DNA of 64,000 nt from Candidatus Margulisiibacteriota bacterium (GCA_034723395.1 JAYEOW010000029.1:1-64000), one strand, 5' to 3'. Counted from the stretch's first letter, positions 28,249-38,913 are shown. Notes: generated from the sequence alone by a model not told the origin. A program made the numbers and translations.

Positions 28249-30452
28249 TGTTAACGACCTTGACCATTATAAGTGTTTTTATGGAGATCTTTGCCGCCGG
28301 CATATTAGCGGCTGGCGCGGTCACTTTCCTGAAAGATTTTATATCCTTAAAAAAATTAAAGGACCTGGCTTTTAGCCTGGTCTTCCTCTCGCTTTTTGTC
28401 TACGTTGCCAGCACGATCGCTTCGCAAATGATGTTTAACTTCGGACGTCCGTTGTCCGAACTGATCCTGGTGCACAAAACAATCTCGACCAGCATCTTGC
28501 TTTCGGTCCTTTTTGTCTGGGGATTTATTGTCGAACGCTTTGAGCTGAAAAAAGTCCGGTTAAGTTATCCGCTGGTCTTGCTGATGGTCGCTTTTTTTAT
28601 TTACCAGGTTTACGGGGCCAACCTTAACCTGGTTTATCGCGCGGGGGTCATTGAGCCGATCGTAAGTTTTTCGCTCTGGGTCCCGGTAACTCGCCTTTTT
28701 AGCCTGTCATGGATAATCCTGGCGACCTTTTCGTTCATTAATGCGTTTAGGAATAGTGGGGGGAAGAGGGTGTTGGCGATTTTCCTGGGCGCCTCCTCGG
28801 TGATTATGCTTGCGGCTCTTTTTTGTTCTTTCTTGTATCTCCAGTTAGGTGCGGCGGAGTACTTATTGATCTCGTGGATATTGATATTGATATCCAGCCT
28901 TGGTTTTCTTCTATCCGAGGTCATTCCCGTGGATTCGGAGGACGCTAAACGCCCGCTCCACTTTTTCAGGACGAGAGTGCTTTTTAAGTTGATTTTGATC
29001 TTTGTTCTTTTAATCGTGATCCTTTTTGAGACCACAACTCTGGCGACCATTAACATTAGTAAGAGCGCGCTCTCCAAAGCGATCATTAATAGCTATCAAA
29101 GAGTGGCGCAAGAGCTCGCTCTGGAGGTAGAGTCTTTTCCGGAAACGCCGGATATTGAGCAGCTCCAACAGTTTGTTTCCCAGGTGAAAATCGATGGAAA
29201 AGGGATGGCTTTTATCATTGATAGCAGCGGGAAATTAGTCGCGCACCCCGACAAAAAAAGGGCGATCCAGAGGGAGCGTATGGTCGAGAATGGGGCGGTT
29301 AAAAGGTTGCTGGCGAACCGGAGTGGCGGGGGAGAATATAAGGACGAGTTTGGGGATATGATGGTTGGCGCTTACGAGCCGATCCGGAAATTTGGGTGGG
29401 GAGTTGTCGTCCAGGAACCGATCGGATCAGCATATTATGATCTTCGCCACCTCGAGACAAATTCGCTTCTTTTTGTGATCATTGGGATAATCATGACCTC
29501 GCTTGTGGGAATCTTTTTTGCCCGTTCAATTGAACGGCCGATCAAGGGCCTAACCGAGGGGACTGATGCGGTCGCCAAGGGGGACCTCAAGAGGCAGGTG
29601 ACGGTCGATTCGGTGGATGAGATTGGGCGGCTCTCGGTTGCTTTTAACAAGATGACGCAGGATTTGCGTGACAGCCAGGAACGGTTAATCCTTTCGGAAA
29701 AGCTTGCCTCGCTAGGAACGATGGCGGCCGGGATGGCACATGAAATAAAGAATCCTCTGGTGTCGGTGCGCACCTTTACCCAGCTGCTTCAACTAAAATG
29801 GGAAGATAAAGCGTTCCGCGAAAAATTTTCCAGGATTGTTCCTCAAGAGATCGAGCGGATAAACCGGATTGCCGAAAGCTTGCTGAAATTTGGCCGGCCA
29901 AGCAAGCCGGAGCTGACCAAGGCAGACATAAATGCGCTGTTGGATGAGGTCTTACTTTTATTTGAGAGTGAGTGCAAAAAAAATAATGTTAGAGTGACAA
30001 AAAAACTGGCTGAGCTCCCAACGGTTCCCGGCGACCCGGGGCAGCTGCAGCAGGTCTTTGTGAATTTGATAAAAAATGCAATTGAGGCAATGTCGGAAAA
30101 GGGCGGCGAATTGACCATAAAAACAGATATCGGCGAAGTAATGAAGTTGGGAAAGATGAACCGTCAAGGAAAGATCAAGGATGGGCAGGTTGTTTGGGGG
30201 GAGGAAGAAGACCTGGGAAAACCGCTGCCGGTAGTCTTTGTTGAAATAACTGATACGGGTGAAGGGATCCCTGAAGAAAATATCAAGAGCTTGTTTGATC
30301 CGTTCTTTACTACAAAAATGACGGGGACAGGCATGGGACTGCCGATCACGCTACGGATTATTGAAGAGCATAAAGGTTCTTTAAAAGTTAGAAGTCAACC
30401 GGAGAAGGGGACCACATTTTTACTTACTTTACCTCAGAAGCTTAGTTCTTAA
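28248..30452 (+). CDS. Multi-TM sensor histidine kinase (TM bundle, Cache, HAMP, HisKA, HATPase; NtrB/AtoS-like)
   Basis: DEIGRLSVAFNKM (HAMP), AHEIKNPL, QVFVNLIKNA, DTGEGI, FDPFFTTK, GTGMGL. Confidence 0.92.
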   Translation: MLTTLTIISVFMEIFAAGILAAGAVTFLKDFISLKKLKDLAFSLVFLSLFVYVASTIASQMMFNFGRPLSELILVHKTISTSILLSVLFVWGFIVERFELKKVRLSYPLVLLMVAFFIYQVYGANLNLVYRAGVIEPIVSFSLWVPVTRLFSLSWIILATFSFINAFRNSGGKRVLAIFLGASSVIMLAALFCSFLYLQLGAAEYLLISWILILISSLGFLLSEVIPVDSEDAKRPLHFFRTRVLFKLILIFVLLIVILFETTTLATINISKSALSKAIINSYQRVAQELALEVESFPETPDIEQLQQFVSQVKIDGKGMAFIIDSSGKLVAHPDKKRAIQRERMVENGAVKRLLANRSGGGEYKDEFGDMMVGAYEPIRKFGWGVVVQEPIGSAYYDLRHLETNSLLFVIIGIIMTSLVGIFFARSIERPIKGLTEGTDAVAKGDLKRQVTVDSVDEIGRLSVAFNKMTQDLRDSQERLILSEKLASLGTMAAGMAHEIKNPLVSVRTFTQLLQLKWEDKAFREKFSRIVPQEIERINRIAESLLKFGRPSKPELTKADINALLDEVLLLFESECKKNNVRVTKKLAELPTVPGDPGQLQQVFVNLIKNAIEAMSEKGGELTIKTDIGEVMKLGKMNRQGKIKDGQVVWGEEEDLGKPLPVVFVEITDTGEGIPEENIKSLFDPFFTTKMTGTGMGLPITLRIIEEHKGSLKVRSQPEKGTTFLLTLPQKLSS

Positions 30453-30649
30453 GCGAGCGGCATCGATTGAAATTTTTCCGAAAGCTTAGCAAAGAAACTT
30501 TGCGTAGTTTTCTGACTTGGAGAAACTCGATTTTGAGACCCCACAACTTTAAGAGAGTGGAATTTATCATCTAGTTTTATGTTTCCACCGGTTGTGATTT
30601 TCTTTCCGTTGATTATAACTGAATGATTATTTACCGGCCCTACATTCAT
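30449..30649 (-). CDS. Small hypothetical protein (66 aa)
   Basis: Fills the HK-clpC gap; GAGG SD upstream of ATG; stop overlaps the HK stop. Confidence 0.6.
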   Translation of the reverse strand: MNVGPVNNHSVIINGKKITTGGNIKLDDKFHSLKVVGSQNRVSPSQKTTQSFFAKLSEKFQSMPLA

Positions 30650-30730
30650 AGCATTTCCTCTATATTATTTATCGTGATAAGAAGCCAAAAACTTGCGTCA
30701 AGTTGCCGCGATTGCTATAATCATTCAATC

Positions 30731-33214
30731 ATGGCAATGTTTGAACGATTTACCGAGCGCGCGGTACGAATTATTATGGCGGCCCAAGAGGAGGCCAAGC
30801 GCCTCGGTTCTCCATTTGTAGGGGCAGAACATCTTCTTTTGGGGATGATCCGTGAGGGAGAGCCGATTGTTATCAAGACCTTTGAGGCTTTTCGGATAGG
30901 TCCGGAAGAGATCAAGGAGCGGATCGAAGAAGAGCTTTCGATCGAGCCAGCCCCTAAAAAAGTTGGACCGGAGATACCGTTTAATGCCCAGGTGAAAAAG
31001 GTGATCGAGCTTGCCTGGGACGAGGCGCGCGGATTAGGCCACAGCTATGTCGGGGTAGAGCATCTATTTCTCGGAATATTGCGCGAAGGGAGCGGCGCTG
31101 TCGGGGAGATATTAAATGAAGTTGGTATTAATATTACGACCGCGAAAAACAGGATCGTCGGAGTGATTGGGGAGAGCTCGGTCGCCCACAAAAAGATCCC
31201 GCGAGCATCCCGTACCCCGATTTTAGACAGTTTTAGCCGCGATCTAACTGTGATGGCGCGGGAGAAAAAACTCGATCCGGTGATCGGTCGTATGAAAGAG
31301 ATCGAACGCGTTATCCAGATCCTTTCCCGGCGTAAAAAGAATAATCCGGTATTGATCGGTGAGGCGGGGGTTGGTAAGACCGCGATCGTCGAAGGTTTGG
31401 CCCAGCGAATAAAAAACGGGAATGTCCCTCCTCCGCTTTTGGGTAAACGATTGGTCACGCTGGATATGGGGCTATTAATCGCCGGAACCCGTTACCGGGG
31501 AGAGTTTGAAGAGCGGATGAAAAAGGTTATCAGCGAGGTAACCAAAGACGGGAAGGTAATCCTTTTTATCGATGAATTACATACATTAATTGGCGCAGGA
31601 GCGGCCGAAGGGGCGATGGACGCGGCCAATATTTTAAAACCCGCCCTGGCGCGCGGAGAGCTGCAGGTGATCGGGGCGACCACGATCGATGAGTTCAGAA
31701 AAAAGATCGAGTCTGATCCTGCGCTAGAGCGCAGATTTCAATCGGTGATGGTCGAAGAGCCGAGCGTCCATGAAACGATCGAGATCTTGAGGGGATTGCG
31801 CGGCCGCTATGAGGATTTTCATAAAGTAAAGATAACGAATGATGCGCTCGTATCTGCCGGGAGGCTGTCTGCCCGCTACATTTCAGATAGATTCCTGCCG
31901 GATAAAGCGATCGACCTGATAGATGAAGCGGCTTCAAAGGTGATGCTTAGCTCTTCAATTGCTCCGCCCGAGCTGGTTGAAATAACCAAAGAGATAGAAA
32001 AGGCTAAGGGGGAGAAAGAGAACGCAGTAGAGAACCAAGAATTTGAGGTAGCGGCCAAACTTAGAGATAAAGAAGAGGCACTTCGACTGCAGTACGAAGC
32101 AGTTTCTAAAAAAATGACCGGGATCAGCCGTGAAGGCTACCCGGAAGTGAATTCTGAAATCATCGCTCAGGTTGTCTCTGCCTGGACCAGGGTTCCGGTC
32201 ACTCAATTAACCCAGGAAGAGACCGAAAGACTGCTTAAGATGGAAGACGAGATTAAAAAACGGGTGATCGGGCAGGAAGAAGCGGTAAAGGTCATCTCTA
32301 AGTCTATCCGAAGAGCCCGTGCCGGATTAAAAGATGCCAAAAGGCCGATTGGCTCTTTTATCTTTTTGGGTCCTTCTGGGGTGGGAAAAACTGAACTGGG
32401 AAAAAGATTGGCCGAGTTTTTATTTGGAGATGTTGACGCTATGATCCGGATCGATATGTCAGAATATCTAGAGCAGCATACGGTTTCAAGATTAATCGGT
32501 TCTCCTCCCGGATATGTCGGATTTGGCGAAGGGGGACAACTGACCGAGCCGGTAAGAAGGCGGCCTCATTCGGTCGTCCTTTTTGACGAGATCGAAAAGG
32601 CGCACCCCAATGTTATGAACATTCTGCTGCAGATCCTTGATGAAGGAAAAGTGACCGACGCGCAAGGGCGCGCGATCGATTTTAAAAATACGGTTATTAT
32701 CATGACCAGCAATGTAGGTGCCGACTTGATTCGAAAACAAACCGCGATCGGTTTTGTTACCCGCGATGACGCGCAGGCCTCCTATGAAAAGATGAAAGAG
32801 ACAGTAGTCGAACAGATGAACAAGGAATTCCGCCCGGAATTCTTGAACCGGGTAGATGAAAAGGTCGTCTTTCGCCCGTTATCAAAAGAAGATCTGGTTT
32901 CGATCGTCGATATTATGATCGGAGATATTAATAAACGATTGGAAGAGAAGGGATTATCAATTAAAGTTACCAAAAAAGTTAAGGAATTTCTGGTCGATAA
33001 AGGATACGATCCAAAGCTGGGCGCACGGCCGCTCCGCCGTTCGATCCAGGAACATATTGAAGATCCGCTATCAGAAGAGGTCCTAAAAGGCCGCTTTGGC
33101 TACGGAAGCAAAATTTCTTTAAAAGTTGAAAAAGATAAGATTGTTTTTACGGGGACAAAGGGGAAGAGATCGATAAGATCCAAGACCAAAAAAGATGAGC
33201 CCGCAATTAGCTAA
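30731..33214 (+). CDS. clpC: ATP-dependent Clp protease ATPase subunit
   Basis: [10 protein letters not shown]-domain repeats, [11 protein letters not shown]-like coiled coil, [11 protein letters not shown]-like loop; start at ATG 30731. Confidence 0.96.
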   Translation: MAMFERFTERAVRIIMAAQEEAKRLGSPFVGAEHLLLGMIREGEPIVIKTFEAFRIGPEEIKERIEEELSIEPAPKKVGPEIPFNAQVKKVIELAWDEARGLGHSYVGVEHLFLGILREGSGAVGEILNEVGINITTAKNRIVGVIGESSVAHKKIPRASRTPILDSFSRDLTVMAREKKLDPVIGRMKEIERVIQILSRRKKNNPVLIGEAGVGKTAIVEGLAQRIKNGNVPPPLLGKRLVTLDMGLLIAGTRYRGEFEERMKKVISEVTKDGKVILFIDELHTLIGAGAAEGAMDAANILKPALARGELQVIGATTIDEFRKKIESDPALERRFQSVMVEEPSVHETIEILRGLRGRYEDFHKVKITNDALVSAGRLSARYISDRFLPDKAIDLIDEAASKVMLSSSIAPPELVEITKEIEKAKGEKENAVENQEFEVAAKLRDKEEALRLQYEAVSKKMTGISREGYPEVNSEIIAQVVSAWTRVPVTQLTQEETERLLKMEDEIKKRVIGQEEAVKVISKSIRRARAGLKDAKRPIGSFIFLGPSGVGKTELGKRLAEFLFGDVDAMIRIDMSEYLEQHTVSRLIGSPPGYVGFGEGGQLTEPVRRRPHSVVLFDEIEKAHPNVMNILLQILDEGKVTDAQGRAIDFKNTVIIMTSNVGADLIRKQTAIGFVTRDDAQASYEKMKETVVEQMNKEFRPEFLNRVDEKVVFRPLSKEDLVSIVDIMIGDINKRLEEKGLSIKVTKKVKEFLVDKGYDPKLGARPLRRSIQEHIEDPLSEEVLKGRFGYGSKISLKVEKDKIVFTGTKGKRSIRSKTKKDEPAIS

Positions 33215-34556
33215 GTACGTTTGCCAATCGTGCGGCCAGGATTACCCCAAGTGGGAAGGGCAGTGTAGGAGTTGTGGGGAGTGGAATAGCCTTGAAGAGG
33301 AAGTCCGAAATCCTAAATCCGAAGGCCAAAACAAATTCGAAATTCCAAATATCAAACCTCAAAAGCCGGTTGCGATTACGGAAGTTGAAATTGAAGTAGA
33401 GGAGAGAGATAAGACCGGGATTGCGGAGGTTGATCGGGTTTTGGGTGGGGGAGTAGTAGCAGGCTCAGTTGTTCTAGTTTCTGGAGAGCCAGGGATTGGA
33501 AAATCGACAATGATGCTGCAGGCAGCGGAGGCTTTAAGTAAAATCGAGAAGGTTCTATATGTAAGTGGGGAAGAATCGGCTAAGCAGATCAAACTTCGCG
33601 CACAAAGACTGGGAACCCTTTCGAAAAATCTAATCCTTCTGCCCGAAACCAATATCTTTGCTATTCAAAAAGCGATCGATGAAGTAAAGCCGAAGTTTTT
33701 GGTAATCGATTCGATCCAAACCATGTATCGGGAGGATATTACATCGGCTCCGGGATCGGTTTCGCAGGTTAGAGAGAGCGCAAACTATCTGGTTAAGATC
33801 GCAAAATCGACCGGGATCCCTGTTTTTATCGTCGGACATGTGACCAAAGATGGAAATATTGCCGGTCCAAGAGTTTTGGAACATGTGGTCGATACTGTTC
33901 TTTACTTTGAGGGGGAGAGACATAAACAGTATCGCATTCTCCGGGTAACCAAGAATCGTTTCGGCTCGACCAATGAAGTCGGAATATTTGAAATGCGGGA
34001 TAAGGGATTGATCGAAGTTGCCAATCCTTCGCAGGTTTTCCTTTCCGAGCGGCCTAAGGAGTCTTCTGGTTCAGTTGTGACTGCAGCTATTGAGGGGACG
34101 CGTCCGCTACTGGTCGAAATTCAAGCATTAGTCCATCCGAGCAAGATGGCCTATCCGATCAGAAAGTCTACCGGGGTGGATTATAACCGTGTTTCGATCA
34201 TTCTTGCTGTTCTAGAAAAGCAGCTGGGGTTAAAACTATCAAATTCTGATGTTTATGTTAATGCGGCAGGTGGAGTTAGAATTTCAGAACCAGCGATCGA
34301 CCTGCCGATTGCGATTGCAGTTGCTTCTTGTTATAAAAATAAACCATTTAACTTCGAAACTGCGGTAGTTGGGGAGATTGGTCTTGCTGGAGAGATCCGT
34401 TCGGTTAATCAAATAGAACAACGAGTAAAAGAAGCAGAGAAATTAGGATTTAAAAAGATCATTATTCCCAAAGCAAACTTGAAAGAGGTTAAAAAATCAA
34501 AAATAGCTGTGATCAACTTTTCTTCTATCCGTGAAGCTTTTACAGGTATTTCCTAG
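33195..34556 (+). CDS. radA: DNA repair protein RadA/Sms
   Basis: CQSC..CRSC Zn finger, GEPGIGKST, KNRFG, Lon-like C-terminus. Confidence 0.97.
   Translation: MSPQLAKYVCQSCGQDYPKWEGQCRSCGEWNSLEEEVRNPKSEGQNKFEIPNIKPQKPVAITEVEIEVEERDKTGIAEVDRVLGGGVVAGSVVLVSGEPGIGKSTMMLQAAEALSKIEKVLYVSGEESAKQIKLRAQRLGTLSKNLILLPETNIFAIQKAIDEVKPKFLVIDSIQTMYREDITSAPGSVSQVRESANYLVKIAKSTGIPVFIVGHVTKDGNIAGPRVLEHVVDTVLYFEGERHKQYRILRVTKNRFGSTNEVGIFEMRDKGLIEVANPSQVFLSERPKESSGSVVTAAIEGTRPLLVEIQALVHPSKMAYPIRKSTGVDYNRVSIILAVLEKQLGLKLSNSDVYVNAAGGVRISEPAIDLPIAIAVASCYKNKPFNFETAVVGEIGLAGEIRSVNQIEQRVKEAEKLGFKKIIIPKANLKEVKKSKIAVINFSSIREAFTGIS
33304..33363 (+). repeat. 7-nt-period degenerate repeat inside radA
   Basis: TCCGAAA TCCTAAA TCCGAAG ... 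TTCGAAA TTCCAAA TATCAAA CCTCAAA (encodes RNPKSEGQNKFEIPNIKPQ). Confidence 0.75.
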
Positions 34557-35793
34557 GATCCGCGATTTTTCCTTCGATCAGTGAAGCAGCGACCGTTGCT
34601 GGAGAGCCGAGATAGATAAAGGCGTTTACGTTACCCATTCTTCCCTTAAAATTTCGGTTAGCTGTTGAGATTACATTTTCTCCATCAGATGGAACTCCGT
34701 TATGAGTGCCGACACAGGGGCCGCAGCCAGGGGTAACAAAGATCGCTCCGGCATCCATTAAAATATCAACAATTCCTGCATGCATTGCGTCTTTAAAAAT
34801 CTGTGCGGAAGCTGGAGCGATGATCAGTCGGGTCCCTTCCTTTATTTTTTTACCTTTAAGAATAGAGGCGGCGATCTTAAGATCTTCTAACCGTCCATTA
34901 GTACAAGTTCCGATATATCCTTGCTGGATAGGGGTGCCTAAAACTTCTGAAATAGGGCAAACATTATCGACGGTGTGCGGTTTGGCGATCTGTGGTTCAA
35001 GTTTGGAGACATTGTATTCTTTGGTCACTTTATAAACCGCGTCTTTATCGGCTTTTGTAGGATTCGGCTCCTTCTTAGAGTGCCCCTTTACCCAATCGAG
35101 AACTTTCTTATCCGCATTCATTAGGCCAACTTTAGCGCCGCATTCAATTGCCATGTTGGAGATCGTAAAGCGGGCTTCAACCGAAAGTTTGTCGATGACT
35201 TCACCATAAAATTCTAGTGCCATATAAGTAGCACCGTCTGCGCCGATATCACCGATAAAATTTAATATCAGATCTTTTGAGTAAATACCTTTAGGGAGAT
35301 TTCCTTTGAAAGTTACTTTCATAGTCTCTGGGACTTTAAACCATAGTTTACCGGAAGAAATTCCTGCCGCCAGATCGGTTGATCCTACTCCGGTCGAAAA
35401 GACATTGATCGCGCCGTAAGTGCAGGTGTGTGAATCTGCGCCAATAACCAAATCGCCGGGGACTACATGTCCTTGTTCTGGGACTATTTGATGACAAACA
35501 CCACAACCGACATCATAAAGGAGCGATCCTTGTCCTTCCGCAAAATCTCTGATCTTTTTATGGATCGCTGAAACGCCAGCGTTCGGCGATGGGGAACTGT
35601 GGTCGATAATGATCGCAAACTTTTTAGGGTCAGCGATCTTCTTCGTCCCCATCTTTTGGAAGGAGTCGACTATAATACCGGAAGTGCCGTCTTGCCCCAT
35701 CATAAAATCCAGATCGGCAATTACAATATCTCCAGCCTTAGCATCTTTTCCAGAGTGGTTAGAGAGGATTTTCTCAGCGATGGTTCTTCCCAT
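34540..35793 (-). CDS. leuC: 3-isopropylmalate dehydratase / homoaconitase-type large subunit
   Basis: DHSSP, GADSHTCTYGA, GTCTNGR, GCGPCVG, NRNFKGRMG. Confidence 0.9.
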   Translation of the reverse strand: MGRTIAEKILSNHSGKDAKAGDIVIADLDFMMGQDGTSGIIVDSFQKMGTKKIADPKKFAIIIDHSSPSPNAGVSAIHKKIRDFAEGQGSLLYDVGCGVCHQIVPEQGHVVPGDLVIGADSHTCTYGAINVFSTGVGSTDLAAGISSGKLWFKVPETMKVTFKGNLPKGIYSKDLILNFIGDIGADGATYMALEFYGEVIDKLSVEARFTISNMAIECGAKVGLMNADKKVLDWVKGHSKKEPNPTKADKDAVYKVTKEYNVSKLEPQIAKPHTVDNVCPISEVLGTPIQQGYIGTCTNGRLEDLKIAASILKGKKIKEGTRLIIAPASAQIFKDAMHAGIVDILMDAGAIFVTPGCGPCVGTHNGVPSDGENVISTANRNFKGRMGNVNAFIYLGSPATVAASLIEGKIADPRKYL

Positions 35794-36777
35794 TTATCTT
35801 TTCTTCCGTGCCCTCCGAAGCTTTAGCGAAGGAGGGTTCTTGGCAGGTTTTACATGATTAACCCTTCGAGTTTTTTCCTTAACCGCTTTTTCGATCAAAC
35901 GAGTTTTCTCAATCAGGTAGGGGTCCAATCCTTCCATCTGGACAACCTCCTGGATCAATTTGATCGCCTTTGGGTGATGGGCGATGTCGGCCAGATCGAG
36001 CTTTGCGCGGGCGATCAGGTCTTTATAAGCAAAAGGCATTTTTAAAACTTCGGTAAGTAGCTTCTGAGCTTTTTTAAAATCTCCTCTTTTAGCCCGGTGG
36101 ATCAAGATCTCTGATTTTAAAACTTTCCCTTTATTTACAAAATAGTCGTCTGGCCTTGATTTCATCTCCTTCAAGGCGAGATCGACCAGTTTGAGGGATT
36201 GCGCGACGTAATCCGGATTGCGATAAAGGATGATCTCGGCTTTAGAAAGGAGGGCTCGTCCTCTGAAATACCAGTGTGCCTCTTTTTCTTTCACAACCCG
36301 GTTAATAAGCTCCAGCGCTTTGGCCCAATCCCCTTTGTTGCGGCGCGCTAAAAGAAGCTCAGCTTCTACCAAATATGTTTTTGCGACAAAAAATTCGGCC
36401 ATGTTTGATCCCAGGGTCTTTCTCGCTTTCTCGGAAAGGGAGATCGCGTTATCAAATTCGTCACGGACGCCGATCATCAGCTCCGCTTTTCCGATCAGCG
36501 CGCGGGCCCTAAGTGATTCCGGGATCGGGCGGAGGAGGATTTGGTCATAAAGGCTCATCGCTTTCCGGTGGTCGCCCGCGTCGCCGCGGCCTACCATAAG
36601 ATCGGCGATCCCGAACATGAGTTCCGGAGTGTCCGAGCGTTTCGGATTTTGGACCAGGATCCGGTTGTAGCGCTTTAGGACCTTATTTATTTTTTCTTTT
36701 TCGGACGGGACCGGAAACCCAACTTCCTTATCAACGATATAGCTCATAATCGGGGATAGAATTGCCATTTTTTTCAC
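35794..36777 (-). CDS. TPR-like alpha-solenoid hypothetical protein (start uncertain)
   Basis: About 40-aa helical repeats: RARALIGKAELM, VAKTYLVEAELL, RGRALLSKAEII, VNKGKVLKSEIL. Confidence 0.65.
   Translation of the reverse strand: MKKMAILSPIMSYIVDKEVGFPVPSEKEKINKVLKRYNRILVQNPKRSDTPELMFGIADLMVGRGDAGDHRKAMSLYDQILLRPIPESLRARALIGKAELMIGVRDEFDNAISLSEKARKTLGSNMAEFFVAKTYLVEAELLLARRNKGDWAKALELINRVVKEKEAHWYFRGRALLSKAEIILYRNPDYVAQSLKLVDLALKEMKSRPDDYFVNKGKVLKSEILIHRAKRGDFKKAQKLLTEVLKMPFAYKDLIARAKLDLADIAHHPKAIKLIQEVVQMEGLDPYLIEKTRLIEKAVKEKTRRVNHVKPAKNPPSLKLRRARKKR
35811..35836. repeat. REP-like small palindrome in the 3' end of the TPR gene
   Basis: CCCTCC-GAAGCTTTAGCGAA-GGAGGG. Confidence 0.55.
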
Positions 36778-36841
36778 CTACTTGAAATTAAATTTTTTAG
36801 ATATTGACCCCTAATTGTATATAATGTAAAATATAATGTCA

Positions 36842-37624
36842 ATGATACAGATTTCCCCACAGCGCGAAAAAGAATTGAACGAGATCGAAAAAAAGATTGG
36901 AACCTCCTTTTTGAATAAGGCCTTGTTGAACCAGGCATTTGTCCATAGCTCCTACGGCCACGAAAAAAGTACCCCCGACAACGAACGCTTGGAGTTTTTG
37001 GGCGACGCGGTACTAAAACTGGTGATCAGCGAATATATTTACCATAAATTCCCCGATCGTGCCGAAGGCGACCTGACCAAGATCCGGGCAGCGGTCATTT
37101 CCGATGAAACACTCTCAAGGATCGGGAAGGCCCTCTCCCTGGGAAATTATCTTTTACTAAGTCCGAACGAGAGGCGTACCGGGGGGACCAGGAAAAAATC
37201 GAATATGGCCAATACCTTTGAAGCGCTGATCGGAGCGGTTTTCCTGGACTCAGGGATCGGGAAATCCAGGGATTTAATTATCGAGTCTCTGCGAGCAGAG
37301 ATCGAAAAAACCTCCCGAAAAGGGTATATCGTCGATTTTAAATCGGCCCTGCAGGAATATGCCCAGAAGAGAAGATGGCAGCTCCCGTACTATCGGGTAA
37401 TTAAGGAGAGCGGACCAAAGCATCGCCGGGTTTTTTGGATGGAGGTAAAAATCAAAGGGAAACAATATGGGGTGGGGAGAGGCCGCAGCAAAAAAGAGTC
37501 TGAGCAGCGGGCAGCCACGCAGGCCTTGCGCAAACTAAAGCTTGAAGAAAAACAGGGCGAAAAGAAGGTTAATAAGGGGATCAGAAATCTTATTACCACT
37601 GTTAGAAAAAGGATGAAGATGTAA
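36842..37624 (+). CDS. rnc: Ribonuclease III
   Basis: NERLEFLGDAVL, FEALIGA, C-terminal dsRBD; start is 36836 or 36842 (promoter spacing favours 36842). Confidence 0.96.
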   Translation: MIQISPQREKELNEIEKKIGTSFLNKALLNQAFVHSSYGHEKSTPDNERLEFLGDAVLKLVISEYIYHKFPDRAEGDLTKIRAAVISDETLSRIGKALSLGNYLLLSPNERRTGGTRKKSNMANTFEALIGAVFLDSGIGKSRDLIIESLRAEIEKTSRKGYIVDFKSALQEYAQKRRWQLPYYRVIKESGPKHRRVFWMEVKIKGKQYGVGRGRSKKESEQRAATQALRKLKLEEKQGEKKVNKGIRNLITTVRKRMKM

Positions 37625-38913
37625 TGGTGGGGATACTGATTAAAAATGGAAGGGTAGTTGATCCCGCATCTAAAATAGACGGGAAAAGGGATGTCTTAAT
37701 CGAAGGCGGGAAGGTAAAAAAAATAGGGACGAGATTGGCGGGACGGGGGGCGAAGATTGTAGATGCCAAAGGGATGCTGGTTTTACCGGGTTTGATTGAT
37801 CTGCATGCTCACTTAAGAGATCCGGGAAGGCCGGATAAAGAGACAATTGCGTCGGGGACCAGGGCGGCGGCGATGGGAGGGTTTACCTCTATATGTTGTA
37901 TGGCAAATACCGAACCGCCGGTCGATAATCCCGCGGTCGTAAAATATATTGTAAACAAAGCTGAAACCGATGGAGTAGTGAATGTTTTTCCGATCGGGGC
38001 GGTTACTAAAGGGATAAAGGGAGAATTTCTTGCCGAACTCGGTTTGATGCTCAATGAGGGGGCAGTTGCTTTTTCCGATGATGGAAACCCATTAATGAGC
38101 GCAAAGATGATGCGCCGGGCGCTTGAGTACTCAAAGCAATTCGATGTTCCGATTATTTCCCATTGCGAAGATAGGACCTTGTCAAAAGAGGGGGTGATGA
38201 ACGAGAGCGCTCTTTCGACCGAGCTTGGCCTTCCCGGCATTCCCGCATTGTCTGAAGAGGTTATGGTAGAGCGCGATGTTAGGTTGGCCGAAGAGTTTGG
38301 AAAGGTCCATATTGCCCATGTTTCGTCGGCCAAATCGGTTGATATTATCCGTAAGGCTAAGAGAAGGGGCGCCCCGGTAACAGGCGAGACCTGTCCGCAC
38401 TATTTTTCATTAACGGAGGAAGCGATAAGAGGTTATAATACAAACGCGAAAGTTAACCCCCCGCTTAAAAGCAAAAAAGATCAAAAAGCAGTTATCAAAG
38501 GATTAAAGGATGGGACGATTGATGCGATCTCGACCGACCATGCCCCGCATAATATTGAAGAAAAGAATGTAGAATTTAATCAGGCTGCTTTTGGGATGGT
38601 CGGGCTTGAGACCGCGCTCGCTTTAACTCTGACCAGCCTGGTAAATAGCAAAGCGTTAACCTTAAAACAGGCAATCAGTAAATTAACCGCTGAACCGGCC
38701 CGGATCCTCGGATTGAACAAAGGGAACTTGAAAGTTGGAGCAGACGCTGATCTTATTATCGTTGATCCAAAGGCTGAGTGGGTAGTTGATCCTTCAAGAT
38801 TTGCCTCAAAAAGTAAAAATTCGCCATTTGCGGGACACAAGCTAAAAGGGAGAGTGCTCTTTACGATTGTCCGCGGTAAGGTTGTGGTGCGAAATGGCAA
38901 ACTGGCCGTCTAA
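37624..38913 (+). CDS. pyrC: Dihydroorotase (type I)
   Basis: DLHAHLRDPG, HCED, HIAHVS, KVNPPL, TDHAPH. Confidence 0.95.
   Translation: MVGILIKNGRVVDPASKIDGKRDVLIEGGKVKKIGTRLAGRGAKIVDAKGMLVLPGLIDLHAHLRDPGRPDKETIASGTRAAAMGGFTSICCMANTEPPVDNPAVVKYIVNKAETDGVVNVFPIGAVTKGIKGEFLAELGLMLNEGAVAFSDDGNPLMSAKMMRRALEYSKQFDVPIISHCEDRTLSKEGVMNESALSTELGLPGIPALSEEVMVERDVRLAEEFGKVHIAHVSSAKSVDIIRKAKRRGAPVTGETCPHYFSLTEEAIRGYNTNAKVNPPLKSKKDQKAVIKGLKDGTIDAISTDHAPHNIEEKNVEFNQAAFGMVGLETALALTLTSLVNSKALTLKQAISKLTAEPARILGLNKGNLKVGADADLIIVDPKAEWVVDPSRFASKSKNSPFAGHKLKGRVLFTIVRGKVVVRNGKLAV

Noticed and set aside
30623..30730. N-terminal extensions in the ORF track for clpC (likewise smc, rpoN, lipA, 27298, 38867)
   Set aside because: The extensions run through promoter elements or upstream genes; family homology and signal peptides begin at the downstream starts.
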